From Octopus sinensis (Eukaryota): a DNA stretch of 64,000 nucleotides. Positions 14,745-27,720 of this stretch are shown here, piece after piece. Location: assembly GCF_006345805.1 (NCBI RefSeq), contig NC_042998.1, positions 102,300,001 through 102,364,000 on the forward strand, read 5' to 3'. How positions within the stretch are numbered: position 1 is the stretch's first letter; every line of letters starts with the position of its first letter. The position numbers were made by a program, and so were the translations under genes. Below the pieces are notes generated by a model that ran no database searches, was not told where the DNA came from, and worked only from the letters and a program-made list of their open reading frames with translations.

Positions 14745-16150
14745 TTTCATGTAGTAAAGTGTTTGGTCTTAAGCTGAAGGAAATAAGGTAGCTAATTATA
14801 TTTCGTCTCACGATGTTTTGTATAACAGTGATTATGAGAATTTAAGAATAGTATAATAAATTGTAGGAGGTAAAATTGGGAATATTTATGTTACATTATA
14901 TTATATATATGAATATATTAGATACATAATTATATAAGTGCACACGTGCAAACTTGTATATTAGTTACATTATTTTAAAAAGATATTTTCTGAATCGTTT
15001 CGTTGTGAAATACAATGGCGCATCTAAGTACCACTATTTACATTGCATTTCTCTTACTTTCTGAGTACAAGATATTTTACAGGCTGATTTTTTTCAAAAT
15101 TTCGGACCCTAATCTATGAAATGTAAGTGAGAATACACACATACTCACCACCATTTAATCTTTGATATATACATATATATATATATATACATACTCTGTA
15201 TATACATACCTTAAAACACACACACCAGCACATATATTAATACAGTATCACTTACTCTTGCTTGATTGGTACGTTTGATGTACTGAACACCAGATTTCGC
15301 GTTCTAATACATATCACTGATTACTTGTCCTATGCCAAATTTAGCAACTTAGACTCCATCCCACACCTATCGAAAATCATTTCTCGCTGCTTCCAGCCTT
15401 TCGTCTCAGCCCTTCTCTAAATAACTAATTTTTATTCTGTTTCTACTCCTTGCTCATTTACAAGCGTGGATTACGTTCAAAGATTTCAGATTCTTAAATT
15501 CTTGGATATTTGCTATTGAATTTTAAAAAAAATATCGGACGTTTCCATCTTTATTTTATTCGCAGTTATTCGCTGAGTTTTCATATGGTAGTATTACCAC
15601 CATATCAAAAGTTTGCGTAGCACACACATATACAGGCACGCGCGCGCCCGCACGTGTTTAGTATTCTCAATAGTTAATACCACCAGATTTGCATAGATAC
15701 ATGAACACACACGAAGACGCCGCACCTCCTTATAATCTAAGAAAGCGCAACCCTTGAAAATACACATGCGTGTGCGGTCACAAATTTGTTGTTGGTTGCT
15801 CTAAAATAGAACGGCAATTCCCTAGCTTTTAGTCTCTCACTTTCAAAAAATGTCCTAAACAATTAAATATATCTTTATTAACATATGTATTGCTTCTGAC
15901 ATCGTCCGTTCATTCTTGTAACTATTTCAAAGTGCTTGACTGATAATATTTCCTCCTTCCCAAACAAACATGTTAAATCCCATAAATTACACCAACAAGT
16001 ATTACATAATTCTGCTGACCAACTAACCTTTTCACCAACTAACGTTCTTTTGTGATAGCGAAACTTCTCCATAAAACTTGGCAAAATCTGATTTAAAAGG
16101 GTTAAAAGTTGAACTGAACTATAACCTCGATATTGGCAAAATAGAGTTTA
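13170..16150 (+). pseudogene. nAChR-like pseudogene interrupted by repeats (13320-14740)
   Basis: [21 protein letters not shown]. After the insertion: HDVLYNS, WYV*CTE (loop C, 15267-15287), LLPAF, SKIS, SDVSIF, KTWQNL. Confidence 0.6.
13470..14710 (-). mobile_element. PLE-associated 3'/pLTR-like dispersed repeat (relatives at 58720-59260 and 59590-59990)
   Basis: Shares blocks such as gacccttcatcagttgtcagct and aaacaggacagtggaga with the later copies. A possible endonuclease tail lies near 14250-14400. Confidence 0.55.
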
Positions 16151-16247
16151 AATCTCCTATTAATAAAATCAACAATTAAACCTAGTGACGTATCTCCTGA
16201 ACAACTCACCTTTTCTCCCATCTGCAATCTTATGTGAACATCTAAAC

Positions 16248-18533
16248 CAGGACTGTCTTACCCGCGGCCCACTATGTGTTATTTTCTTGTTATAGCTGAC
16301 TCTACGTCGTTGATGCATAATTAACAGCCATTGTTTCAGTTTCAAACCTTTTGCGGTCGGGTTAATATTGATTGTGTTATTTCCTAACCGTCTTTACAAT
16401 GTAAAATGATAGTGACTTCAGTGGTACTTCAGTGTTTCTAGTCTAGCCTAAGTCCAATGCTAATGCTTTATGCGGAAGAGATTATTTATTCTTTATTTGT
16501 TTCTGATTTACAGAATATTAATATCAACATGATTACGTAATGGTTTTAATTGTTAATTTTAATAGCCCATTATTTGGTCATTGCATGTGATACCAAGAAG
16601 AGAAAAATAACAGTAGAAAAAAGAAAATTCAATATCCTATGGACAGAAAAATACTTCATAATTAAAACATGCAATAATATTATTTGCCTCTTATGTAATG
16701 ATAAAATTGTTGTTTGCAAATAATACAATATTAAGCGTCATTATGCTGCCAAACACGAGCTACAATATAATGAATTAAACGGAGAAAGAAAGAAAAGGAA
16801 AACAAATGAATTGAAGAAGCTTAGTTCACAATAATTTTCAAAAATCATGTTGGGAAACTGGTACATATAAAAATGTTAGTTACTTAATAGCTGAAAAATT
16901 GTCTCAGGAGGGTAAGCTATGGAGAGATGGCGAATTAATGAATGTATTATAATTGCTTTTAATGAATACTGTCCCGAGAAGGCGAACTTATTCAATGAAA
17001 AGAGTTTGTCGCATCAGACATTTGGTAGAAGAATCGATGACTTAGCTGACAGTATTGTGGGTACATTGCAGACTCAATTACCTAAATGTGTTCAATACAG
17101 TTTATCATTAGACGAAAGTACTGATGCAAATGACACTGCACAATTGGTTATTTTCATCAGAGGAATTAATGTCAATTTTAATATGATTGAAGAAATGTTG
17201 GATCTGTGTCATATGAAGTGTACAACAACTGGCAGAGACATAATTGAGCATGTTACTTTATCATTAGAAAAGTTCAATGTTGATAGAAATAAAATAAAAT
17301 CGATTATAAATGATGGTGCTCCTGCATTAACTGGTAAAAATAATGGGTTTATTATTTATTCAAAGAAATGGTTGATCATGATATACTTAACCATCATTGC
17401 TTGATTCATCAATTATGTGCTCAAATTTCAAGCAATTATCTGCTCAAAAATCAAATATGAAAGACTTGGTGACAGATATTGTGAACATTGTTAATTTTAT
17501 CAGATCTCGGGACTTGCACCATCGTGCATTGAAAGCATACTTGATAGAAATTGGCGGTGAGTATGAAAACACTATTTATTTCTCAAAATGAAGATGGCTA
17601 GGTCAAGCGACAAATTTGAATAGATTTCAATTATTGCTGTCCAAAATAAAACAGTTCATGTAAAACAAAACACAAACTGTAGATCTTTTAGCAAATGAAG
17701 AATGGTTGAATGATCTGTCTTTCTTAGCATATATCATTGGAATGTTAGCTGAACTTAATTTACATTTACAAGGAAAAGACTAGTTATGTTATTCAAAGTA
17801 TGAGCAAATAACAAGTTTTACTAAACGAATAGAATTTTTCATAAGGGTGGGGAAATTGTGCATTTTCAGATTTTATCTAACAGACAAGAAGAATTTCCTG
17901 TGAACTTTGAATAATGCACTAAATTATGTGAAGCTTTGTTAGAATATGCTACAACCAGATTTTCTGACTTCAGAAAGATAGAAACTGAACAAAAATTGTT
18001 GAGTGCTCTACTTTCATTTATGAGGAAGAACCAACCAAATACCAGCTAGAACTTATTGAGCTTCAAACTAGAGAATCTTGGAGTACTTATGATAGAGAGC
18101 ATGCTCTTCTTGACTTTTACAAGGAATTGCATTCTCTTAATGAATTTGATCAAATTGCCAATTTAGCTATTGTGCATTTGGAGTTGTACATACTGCTGTT
18201 AACAATTCCTTTCGCGTATGAAAATCATCTGAAAAAAATAGGATGACTGAATGCCATTTAACAAACATTCTTAGAATAGTATCATAGAAGGAGATATTGG
18301 GAATATCATTAACGGAAATCAATGCCAAAAATCACATTGATTTTATTTTGTGTAAGTATAATTTCCTTTTTATTGTCAATAGCACATTATCTTGTATAAA
18401 TATTTGTTATTAAAAAAAATTATTCTCTATATTTTGACCTTTTTCAAAGTTTATATCTAAGTAACTTTGTGACCCGGTGAGTATACTTAAATTTATAATT
18501 TGGCTCACTAAGAAAAATGGTTGGACATCCCGG
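16248..18533 (+). mobile_element. Decayed hAT (Buster/SPIN/GTF2IRD2-like) transposon
   Basis: YSLSLDESTDANDTAQLVIFIRG and IINDGAPALTGKNNG, plus a zinc-finger-like N-terminus. Imperfect TIRs. 8-bp flanks atcTAaac/cccTAaac. Confidence 0.93.
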
Positions 18534-18549
18534 CCCTAAACAATAACCC

Positions 18550-18811
18550 CAAGAGATGAAGCTATCACATCTAATTGTAATACTCGATTACAATTCCGCA
18601 CGCGGGATTGAATTCTGAACAATAAAACAATTTCAAATAAAATTTATCACAACTCATTTTAGAACCTAATTATCATTTGATTGAACTCCACCCGCGACAG
18701 AGACTTATAACATAGAGACACCATAGAGCCAAGTTAAACTCTAATGCACGATCAGTCTGATGATGGCTTTACAAGTCGACGTTGGAAGTCATTCACAATA
18801 CTATTGTTACT

Positions 18812-18871
<60 letters not shown>

Positions 18872-19270
18872 AGCACACGCACGCACAAACAAAGTCATTC
18901 ACATGTAGCATGTTTTAACTGACTATTTATCTCATTGAGTTTCTGGTCAGCGCGAATTTCTGGTTCCTATGAGAACACGGTGTGTAATAGTTCACATTTA
19001 TTGGTTAAGGCATAGCCTGTTCTGGTCGCGCGTGTTTGTGTGTGTGTGTTTGAGCGAGAATGTGTATGTGTGAGCGAGCATGTGTGTGTTTGTGTATATG
19101 TGTGTGCGCGTTTGTGCATGCGTGTGCATGATCGTGTATATGTGCATGTGTGTTTATGTTTGATGATTGATATACAATTCGCCTTTCTTAATGGGTTGTT
19201 AATTTTATTCCTTGATCGTGGTGTTTTGTTTGTAGTGTGAAGTGTTCTATAGCAGAATTTTCTCTATAAT
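18550..19270 (+). pseudogene. Possible nAChR-like pseudogene, N-terminal half
   Basis: EMKLSHLIVILDYNSAR, MRTRCVIVHIYWL..LFWS, LMIDIQFAF. Split by microsatellites. Confidence 0.4.
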
Positions 19271-19389
19271 GTAATACAGGCAGCATCCGCATTACGGCTA
19301 CCTCATGTTCCGGAGTTTTGCGCTTACGGAAATTGTATTATATGACCATTAATTTCAGGATTCCGTCTCAAATTTCGCTTTTACGGAAA

Positions 19390-21190
19390 TCCAGATGGCG
19401 TAATTTTTAATGGTTAACAATTTAAAACTACTATTACTTCTTAAGATCAATAGTCACTTGTGTTTTAGGCAGAATCAATCTATATAGTTAAACCTACTCC
19501 ATCAATTGCCCAGGTCTTATAATTTCATAGATCCAATGTAACATTTAAAATGGAACCACTCCTGGGAGTATGGAGAATATGGATCAAGGGTCAGAATCGT
19601 CGGAGTAATGTGTCAATAAACCCGATGGTAATATCTTATAGAAGAATGTTTGTATATTTTTGCAGATAATACTCCTAATTGTGAACGTAGCATAAATTAT
19701 ACAAGGAGTTTACAGTGAATTCAGTTCGTACACTGGCTGCACAAAGAAATGATGCGCCATAAGCACCAAACACCTTAGGCTACATTAATCATCTTTCAAG
19801 CTGTAGTTCGTGATAATGAACTACAAGAGAGTAAACACTATCCGTGATAATCCTTGTAATGCACATTCCAACACAACCAATGATAGAACTGTAAACATCT
19901 TTTGTGGTAAGAACGCACTCTTAAGATATTACGATTTGTTTTCCCTCATCAAAATGCGTATGTGCTTTTATGTATCTAAATTATTCTGTGTATATTAAGA
20001 AATTAATTTCATGTAAAACGGTGATCGTGTTACTTATTGTCTGTTGCGTTCTTGCTATTGTTTTTTCGAAAAAGTCCGAAGGAACCCAATCTTACTTAAT
20101 CTTTTACTCTTTTACTTGTTTCAGTCATTTGACTGCGGCCATGCTGGAGCACCGCCTTTAGTTGAGCAAATCGACCCCAGGACTTATTCTTTGTGAGCCT
20201 ATTACTTAGTCTTTCGGTCTCTTTTGCCGAACTGCTAAGTTACGGCGACGTAAACACACCAACATCGATTGTCAAGCGATGATGATGGGGGGACAAACAC
20301 AGGCACGCAAACACACACACACACATATATATACATATATACGACGTTATCTTTTAGTTTCCGCCTACCAAATCCACTCACAAGGCGTTAGTCGACCCAA
20401 GGCTATAGTAGAAGACACTTGCCCAATGTGCCACGGAGTGGGACTGAACCCGGAAACATGCGGTTGGTAAGCCACTCCTACGCCTATGCTATTTGATAAC
20501 ATAAAAGTCATTGCGAAAATTTATTTTCCCTGAAGAGATTTCTCGTGATGGTCAGATTTTCAGCAACGTATTACGTTCGTAGAATGAGGTATTTTTGTAT
20601 GAGTGTAATCAGCTTTACACCTATGCTTCTTACAAATTAACAAATGCGGTTAACTTTAACCGCAGCAGAAATTTCAACAACAAAACATCCCTCCGTGACA
20701 CCAATATAGAGAAGCGTAATACGATGCATATCAAAACACATTATATGTAAAATATACATGCATCCTTCATTAAATTACCAGAGATTTTCAGTAGATATAA
20801 AGCAATAAACACATTAGAACCACGTTTCATGATCTGAAAATCTATGAAAAAACAAACCCACCAAGGAAAAATAAACCCCGAAAATAACAGCCTAACAGCT
20901 AACTCAAAATGTGAGCCGACAAGCTGTCAAAATCAAGACAACGCACATACGTGAAGTGAATCAAAACATATACCGCATAATCAGTTATTAAATTTTCTCG
21001 TCTGAAAATTGTTGTGGCGTGAAAATCGAATCAGGAAATAAAAGTTCAATTTCAATAAATCATACAGTCTACTACATGTACTGTGCACTCGCTCATTTCT
21101 TTGACACAAACGATTATGTACGCACGCATGCACGCACACACACACACACTCACTCAGTCACTGACATACACATACACAAACACGCACATG

Positions 21191-21252
<62 letters not shown>

Positions 21253-21560
21253 CACACACATAGAAGGAGAGAGTGATACGGTGATACAGATATATACATA
21301 CAAGGTATACATACACACATAGTATATATATGTATATATGTGTGTATACCCAATGAAATAGTATCTGACTTCGTAACATACTGATATTTAAAAATATATT
21401 TCTATCTGTAAATAAATATTTTATGAAATGCATGAGTGGATCATTTTCGTTATTTGAGGCATAGTTATAATTTTGAAGGACTAAATGGCAGCATAGTTGC
21501 TTCCCTTTTTGTTTATCTATGTGCTAGTTGTTGCTTGTGGTTATGTATGTGTATAAGTGT
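19390..21560 (+). pseudogene. Near full-length alpha-type nAChR-like pseudogene split by a SINE
   Basis: NYYYFLRSI, IVKPTPSIAQV, HLKWNHSWEYGE..VRI, KPD, VHWL, SSC, KHYP/DNPC, NFM*NGD, vicinal TGT-TGC at 20042-47, VRRNP, FIFPEE, KTHYM..FIKLPEIF, TM4 LKD*MAA*LLPFLFIYVLVVACG. Confidence 0.82.
20090..20485 (-). mobile_element. tRNA-derived octopus-type SINE
   Basis: B-box GGTTCAGTCCC on the minus strand and an (AGTAAAAG)n tail. Confidence 0.9.
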
Positions 21561-21787
21561 ATGTGTATACATATAATTATGTGTGTATGTGCGATTGATC
21601 TGTAGATGCGCGTGTGAATATTGGCGTTCCTTGACTAACCAACCGTATAATTTCTTTTGTGATTTAAAATTTCAAACCAATAGCCAATCGAATTAATCTA
21701 AATTATCATTACCTAGTGGTCAGTATTTCTAAACTCATAGTTATTTCGATCTTGAAAGGATGGACTTGGTGCAAACATAACTGTATC

Positions 21788-21830
<43 letters not shown>

Positions 21831-22161
21831 ATTAATAGTAATTTTTATTGACTTTTATCGCTTTATAATTTTATGAACTGAACCATGGTTTTAATTATTA
21901 TTTTTCATCTCCCTATGTGTTAGTTTTTTTTTTTAAACTATTAGCCAAATATGTATAATATCGGTGCTTATTAATATTAATATATACACTGTTATATATT
22001 TTGTTTTATTTTGTTCTGTTTACCTTCCATTATTGTACCAATGAGTATTATATTATATAAGTGTAGCATTATGAAGTTTATGTATAAGTTTTTATATTTT
22101 ACATTTTTATATTTTTATATTTATATGTATATGGTTAAATAATCTTTTTCACAATTATAAC

Positions 22162-22288
22162 AAATTTAATTCTCTGAAGAGGCCGTGGGGCATCTTTGTT
22201 AATGCCTCATTTATACCTGCCTTTATGGCTTATAGGTTAAATGAGGTATGACTGCCCTCACTGCCGAAACAGCTGTCAGATTTGATTT
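22162..22288 (+). ncRNA. Type-I hammerhead with a long stem II, in a solo pLTR (about 21840-22460)
   Basis: TCT-CTGAAGA-GGCCGTGGGGCA..ATGCCTCATTTA..TAAATGAGGTAT..TGCCCTCACTGCC-GAAA-CAGCTG-TC-AGA. Confidence 0.85.
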
Positions 22289-22738
22289 AATTACATATTA
22301 TATTTGAAATTTTATACTTATATCTCTTTGTCTATTTACTCTTACTGTATATTTTGTATAATGCCTTTACTGATATGTAATGGTGTATTAAAGTTTGATT
22401 GGGTATCATCTGATAGTTGATGTTTTATTGATTTAAGTATGTTTCTCCATTCTCTAATTTTGTAATATATATATATATATATATATATGTGTATATTCAT
22501 ATGTGTGTATTTATATATTATGTATGTAAGTATATATATATATATATATGTGTGTACATGTATATATGTATATGTGTGTATGTGGGTGTGCGTGTGTGTC
22601 CTCATATACTCATAGACACAAAGAATACAAGCACACGCACACAGATACACATATAGGTATTTTTATAATATGGATGTCGTAAGAAAATTTTGCACCTCTT
22701 TCACTACAAATTTAGTATTAGTGGAGAATTACTTTTTT

Positions 22739-23608
22739 CCTTCTGGTTCTCCAGGATGTTCAGGCTAAATGTGACAACTTTTTCATGTCTCCATTTTTGA
22801 CGAACAGTCAACGGCATTAGAAAGCATAAAGTTTAAAAGCATAGCCGAGAAAAGGTTAGATAACATGGAGTACTGGAAAGCTCCTGAATATTGAATGAGA
22901 TTTACCTGTACCATAATGATTTGAACCGGGTGTCAAAATCCCGAAATTGTGGCTGCAGCCCCATTCTCTTTGAACCATGTAAAGTCTTTTAGACGCGACA
23001 TGAACAGAGACTACGAAGCCGTGTCCAGTAGTAAGGGACACAACGAATGTTCTGACTGCGTCTGCATGTCGGAGCTCGTCCTTGCATTCTGAACAGGGCT
23101 TTCAACGGCTATGTGTAGGTGCTAGAGACTGTGATTAAATCTTGGCTGAATATAGTTACTACTGGGAGGCCATACGTTTGGCAGCAAGATTTGACTATTT
23201 ACCATTCCTCCGAAAAAAAACATTAATTGTTGGATAACTTCTACGACTTCCCCAGCCTAAAATTTCTGCTCTCCTAATAACCCAATTGTAATCCTGTAGA
23301 TTACTATGAACGTGTTGTGGTTGAGAATGACACCAACCAATCTGCCTGCAGTACCAAAGCTGAACTGGTCGCCAAGGTCAAGAAGTCTTTCGAAGATCTT
23401 CCCATGGACACATTGAAGAATGCGTGCACCATGCCATGTCTCGAACCCGTTTTGAGGCAATGGTGAAAACTGAGGGTGGCTATTTTGAGTAAATTATTAT
23501 CTCCCAGACATAATCTAGTTAATATTTTTAATTACCTTTTTTTTCTGGATGGAATATTGTGTTTTCTCTTCCTTTCATGCAAACTGTCAAATTTAAGTTG
23601 AAATTGTA
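22739..23608 (+). mobile_element. Internally deleted Tc1/mariner-superfamily element
   Basis: C-terminal RTRFEAMVKTEGGYFE*. Imperfect TIRs (taaatgtgacaact / aactgtcaaattta). Confidence 0.75.
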
Positions 23609-23919
23609 TAAATACGTTTATATTTCTTATTGCCATCTTTGCCAAGCGATTTAACCATATTGATTCTTAATGAATCAATAATTATATTGGCGTTTTGAGG
23701 TGTGTCATTTGTTTTTGTGCATATGAAGAACATAGATACTTGCATACACCTACATACATGCTTGCATGTTTATTTGTATTTTACTGTCAACGTAAAAGTT
23801 CATGTAAGATGTCAAAGAAAAAATAGTTGAAAAGATAGCATGCACTGGTTTATTTGACACTAATTAAAGAAGACTATGAAATATAAGAATATGAAAACAG
23901 AGTAAATAAAAAAACGGAA

Positions 23920-24266
23920 AACAATAGACTGGAATCAAAATTATATATATATATATATATATATTGATAGTAATGGTAAGGAAACAAAAGAATAAAAGAG
24001 ACCTCGATATTATGTAAATAGAGGGATTTATCTGTAAATATATGTGACAATTGTTGGGTAGCCATAGTAAAACTCCGAGTTTAGGATGTCGGGGCGGAAA
24101 ACCGCATCGCCATCTCTTCAGTTATCGGGCCATCAAAAAATGCTACCCGTTCACACAGATAACATTTTTTGATGACCCGATAACTGAAGTGATGTTGGTG
24201 CGGGCGTCCACCCCGACATCCGAAACTCGGAGTTTTATCATGGCTACCAAATGATTGCCACATATT

Positions 24267-24300
<34 letters not shown>

Positions 24301-24400
24301 TATTTATATAATATGTGACAATTATTCGCTAGCGATGATAAAACTCCGAGTTTTGGATGTCGGGGTGGAAGCTACCGAATAATTGTCGCATATTATATAT

Positions 24401-24444
<44 letters not shown>

Positions 24445-25167
24445 ATATGTGGCAATTATTCGGTAGCCAGGATAAAACTCTGAGTTTCGGATGCCGAGGT
24501 GGAAAACCACGCCACCATCTCTTCAGTTATCCGGTCATCGGAAAAATGCTATGAAAAATGACCGTTATACAAAGGGAAATTACTATGTGATTGACCGTTA
24601 ATAAGACAAAAGAACTATTCGAATGACCGGTAAGTATGGGGGTAAAATAATTTCAGAGTATTCACGTAAGCGTGCATGTTTATTCTTATACATGCGCGCC
24701 CGCATAACCACGTGCGTGCGCCTAAAAGTATATGTTCATCCACCCTCACATAAAAACGCACACATCCTCACTATCACCATTCGCCAAATGTATATGTATA
24801 TACATACAACCCCCCCCACACACACACACACATTCACACGCGCCGTAAAGGTTCCTACACACGTCTATATACGCACAAGCACAAGAAAAGCCAGGGCTAA
24901 GGGTAGCAATACAAAAAAGGGCATAAGGGAGTTTACAAAGAGTAAACCACGTCTATATACGCACATACCTATATGTGGGGGCGTGGTTTTCCACCTCGGC
25001 ATCCGAAACATGGGGTTTTGTCATGGCTACCGAATAATTGTCACATTTTACATTTACAGATAAATTCCTCTATTTACATAATATCGAGGTTTCTTTCTTT
25101 CTTTTCTTGTTTTACTATTTTTATCAATATATATACATATATATATATGTTAAATTTTGATTCCAGT

Positions 25168-25170
<3 letters not shown>
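23920..25170. repeat. Nested inverted-repeat complex of a hammerhead-bearing pLTR
   Basis: Outer arms 23925-24060 and 24980-25168, inner palindrome 24041-24265. Intact motif on minus at 24470-24532: GGATAA-CTGAAGA..GAAA-CTCAGAG-TT-TTATCC. Confidence 0.88.
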
Positions 25171-25202
<32 letters not shown>

Positions 25203-25215
25203 GTATATATATATA

Positions 25216-25261
<46 letters not shown>

Positions 25262-25309
25262 TTTCTCCTGCACTTCCTCCACCCTTATTTAGTGCATCAG
25301 GTTTAATCT

Positions 25310-26410
25310 CTTTTCGCAGGTGAGACAGGCCACCATCAAGCCGAACGGTTCACCGAACATCTATGAGACGTTCGTCTACTGACGAACACCGCTGTCGCCC
25401 GTCATTTTCGCTTGGCCAACCACTCCACCTCAGATATTGCCTTCTTCGGCTCTGACCTACACGATGGATCCACCAAATGTAGACTCCACCTGAAAGAGCG
25501 TTACATCTTTACTCTTCATGCTGAAACTCCTTTCTAACTCAACACAATCCCTCATCTCAATGACTATCTCTACAACTACCTTAAAATTAACATTTTAACT
25601 TATCTTATCTTTAGTCATTTACACATAACCAACTCACTCATAATGCACACACATACACACATAGACATACATATACACATATATATACGCACGTACACAC
25701 ACTTCGACACACACGCAGCAGAGTGATACACATGTACACGCATGCACACACACTTCCAGAGTGACACATAGAGATAAGTACACACACACTTTTATACAGA
25801 GAGAGATCAAGAGCAACAGAATGACACACAAATATGGGCACAAACGCAGCAATACACATGTACACACACGCATAAACACATTCCCACTCCGTCCATGCAC
25901 ACATTCCCACACAGCCTCACCGATTCATACACACACAAGCACACTCACCCGTTCACATAGCCACACTCACACATACACACGCCCTTCAGACAACGCACGA
26001 CATGCGTGTTCGCATCCAATAAGTCCTCTTCCACCTCAATTAGTTGTTACATATAGTCTCTAAGCTGTTTCGTTCGTCTACTGTCCATGCAATTAACGTT
26101 GCTCCATATCGAAGGAGTGAAACCGCCCACGTGTTGATAGCGTCAAGCTTATACCGTCCGTTTAATTTCGGCTTAAGTCTGCGCAAGTACTCCACCTAAA
26201 ATGTTTCTGTCATTTCTTTCTCCATCAATTTATCCATTTCCCAAATCCCCAAGTACTTATAGTCCGTCTCTTATATCTGCTTCATAACCTCCCCCCGACG
26301 GTATCGTTCGCCCGTTCATACATTTGATTTTGCCTCTCTTCAAGACTAACACACCACACTTTCTCAGTCCCAACTCCATTCTGATATCAGCACTGAAAGT
26401 ATACACCCTA
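25310..26410 (+). mobile_element. Penelope-like 3' fragment (GIY-YIG remnant + UTR)
   Basis: GETGHHQAERFTEHL..AVARHF..NHS..ERYIFTL. Confidence 0.7.
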
Positions 26411-26464
26411 TCAACGAAGGAACTGATTGGGCTTTATCTTTACCATAAAGTTTGAGGTTATTAT

Positions 26465-26520
<56 letters not shown>

Positions 26521-26773
26521 TATTATTATTATTATTATTATTATTGAGTGCGAGAGCATTGCATGCCATCAAAGTGACACTGGGGTAAAATATACGAAGC
26601 CCAATATACCCATCATGACTACCCGTCTGATAAGGGTACACTATGCACAAGCATCAGAACCATATGTGCGTGACATGGTGATCTCATATCACCTGTTTCT
26701 ATAGTAGCAAGCAGAACGTGAGAATTCTTGTTTGCTAGAAAGGACGTGACTGTTTGACGCTCTATACTGTTGG

Positions 26774-27720
26774 AAATTTTAGTGTTAGATTATGGCAACA
26801 AGCTCCAGTAACATCGCTTCTATGGTGGGGACATTGAAATCGGAGGGGGATACTGTGTCGTACCTTCAAAAAAAGGGTGTTAAGAAAACTATGTAAAAGA
26901 AGGTGATATATTATGTGTACGAAGAGACCGCGCCGAGAATCCATGGAGTCTGTATCGATAAAGAAAGACATAGTGTAAAGGTGACTCCCTTCCTTTAGGA
27001 CTTGGGCCCTTTTAATCATCGGTTAAGTAAATGACTTCGGCCCAGTTTTGTTTTGAAAAACTGTGGATGTACCGTACCACAGCTTTTGATTATAACAACT
27101 ATGTTAGAAAAATATGTGCGGAGAACTTGCACCGTCATCCAATTAAAGTTGGTGGTCTTGGAAAGATTTTTCAGATAGATGTAACAGACTTTCCTAGACG
27201 TAAGTACAGCCGGAGAAGGATCCTACCTGAGCAGTGGGTCTGTGGAGGAGTGTTTCACGAGTCCAGACAGGTTTTCCGGTGTGCGGCGACACGTCCAAAT
27301 CGTGACACACTGGAACAATGCATACGTCATTCTATTCTTCCAGGAACCACAATTTTCAGCGATTTGTGGCGGGCGTACACTCACATTCCTGAAATGGATG
27401 GTTAAAATTTTGAGCGTGTAGCGGTGAACTACAGCGTTAGGTTTGTTAAAACGAAAGATGGTACATACTCACAACAAGTGGAGAGTACGTGAGACTGTAT
27501 TGTGATCTGCTTGAGTAAGTGACTGAATGTATTTCTAACTTTCCGTTTAAATTTTTAAATATTTTGTAATATGTTGCTTATTGCATGTTTAAATGTTTGT
27601 TTTTTAAGCATATTTTATTCACTTTTTAATTTCTGTATATAACGGCGGTGCATCAGCATGGCCGCAGCTCTGAGCTGAAACTGGAGAAAAAAACATATAA
27701 ACATATACATCTTTTAGAAC
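26774..27720 (+). mobile_element. Merlin (IS1016/ISXO2-like) transposase remnant
   Basis: KVGGLGKIFQID..RRKYSRRR..QWVCGG..ILPGTTIFSDLWRAY, followed by a VNY motif. Confidence 0.88.

Larger units (their letters stand above)
21640..23880 (+). pseudogene. nAChR-like pseudogene fragmented by a pLTR and Tc1
   Basis: KPIANR..VSISKLI (about 21675-21745), YFYNMDVVRKFCTSFTTNLVL (22658-22720), YISYCHL..PY*FLMNQ (23620-23680). Confidence 0.6.

Noticed and set aside
19470-19910. Ig-domain exons with AG/GT boundaries
   Set aside because: Stops occur in every frame, and the region is better explained by the intronless nAChR remnant.
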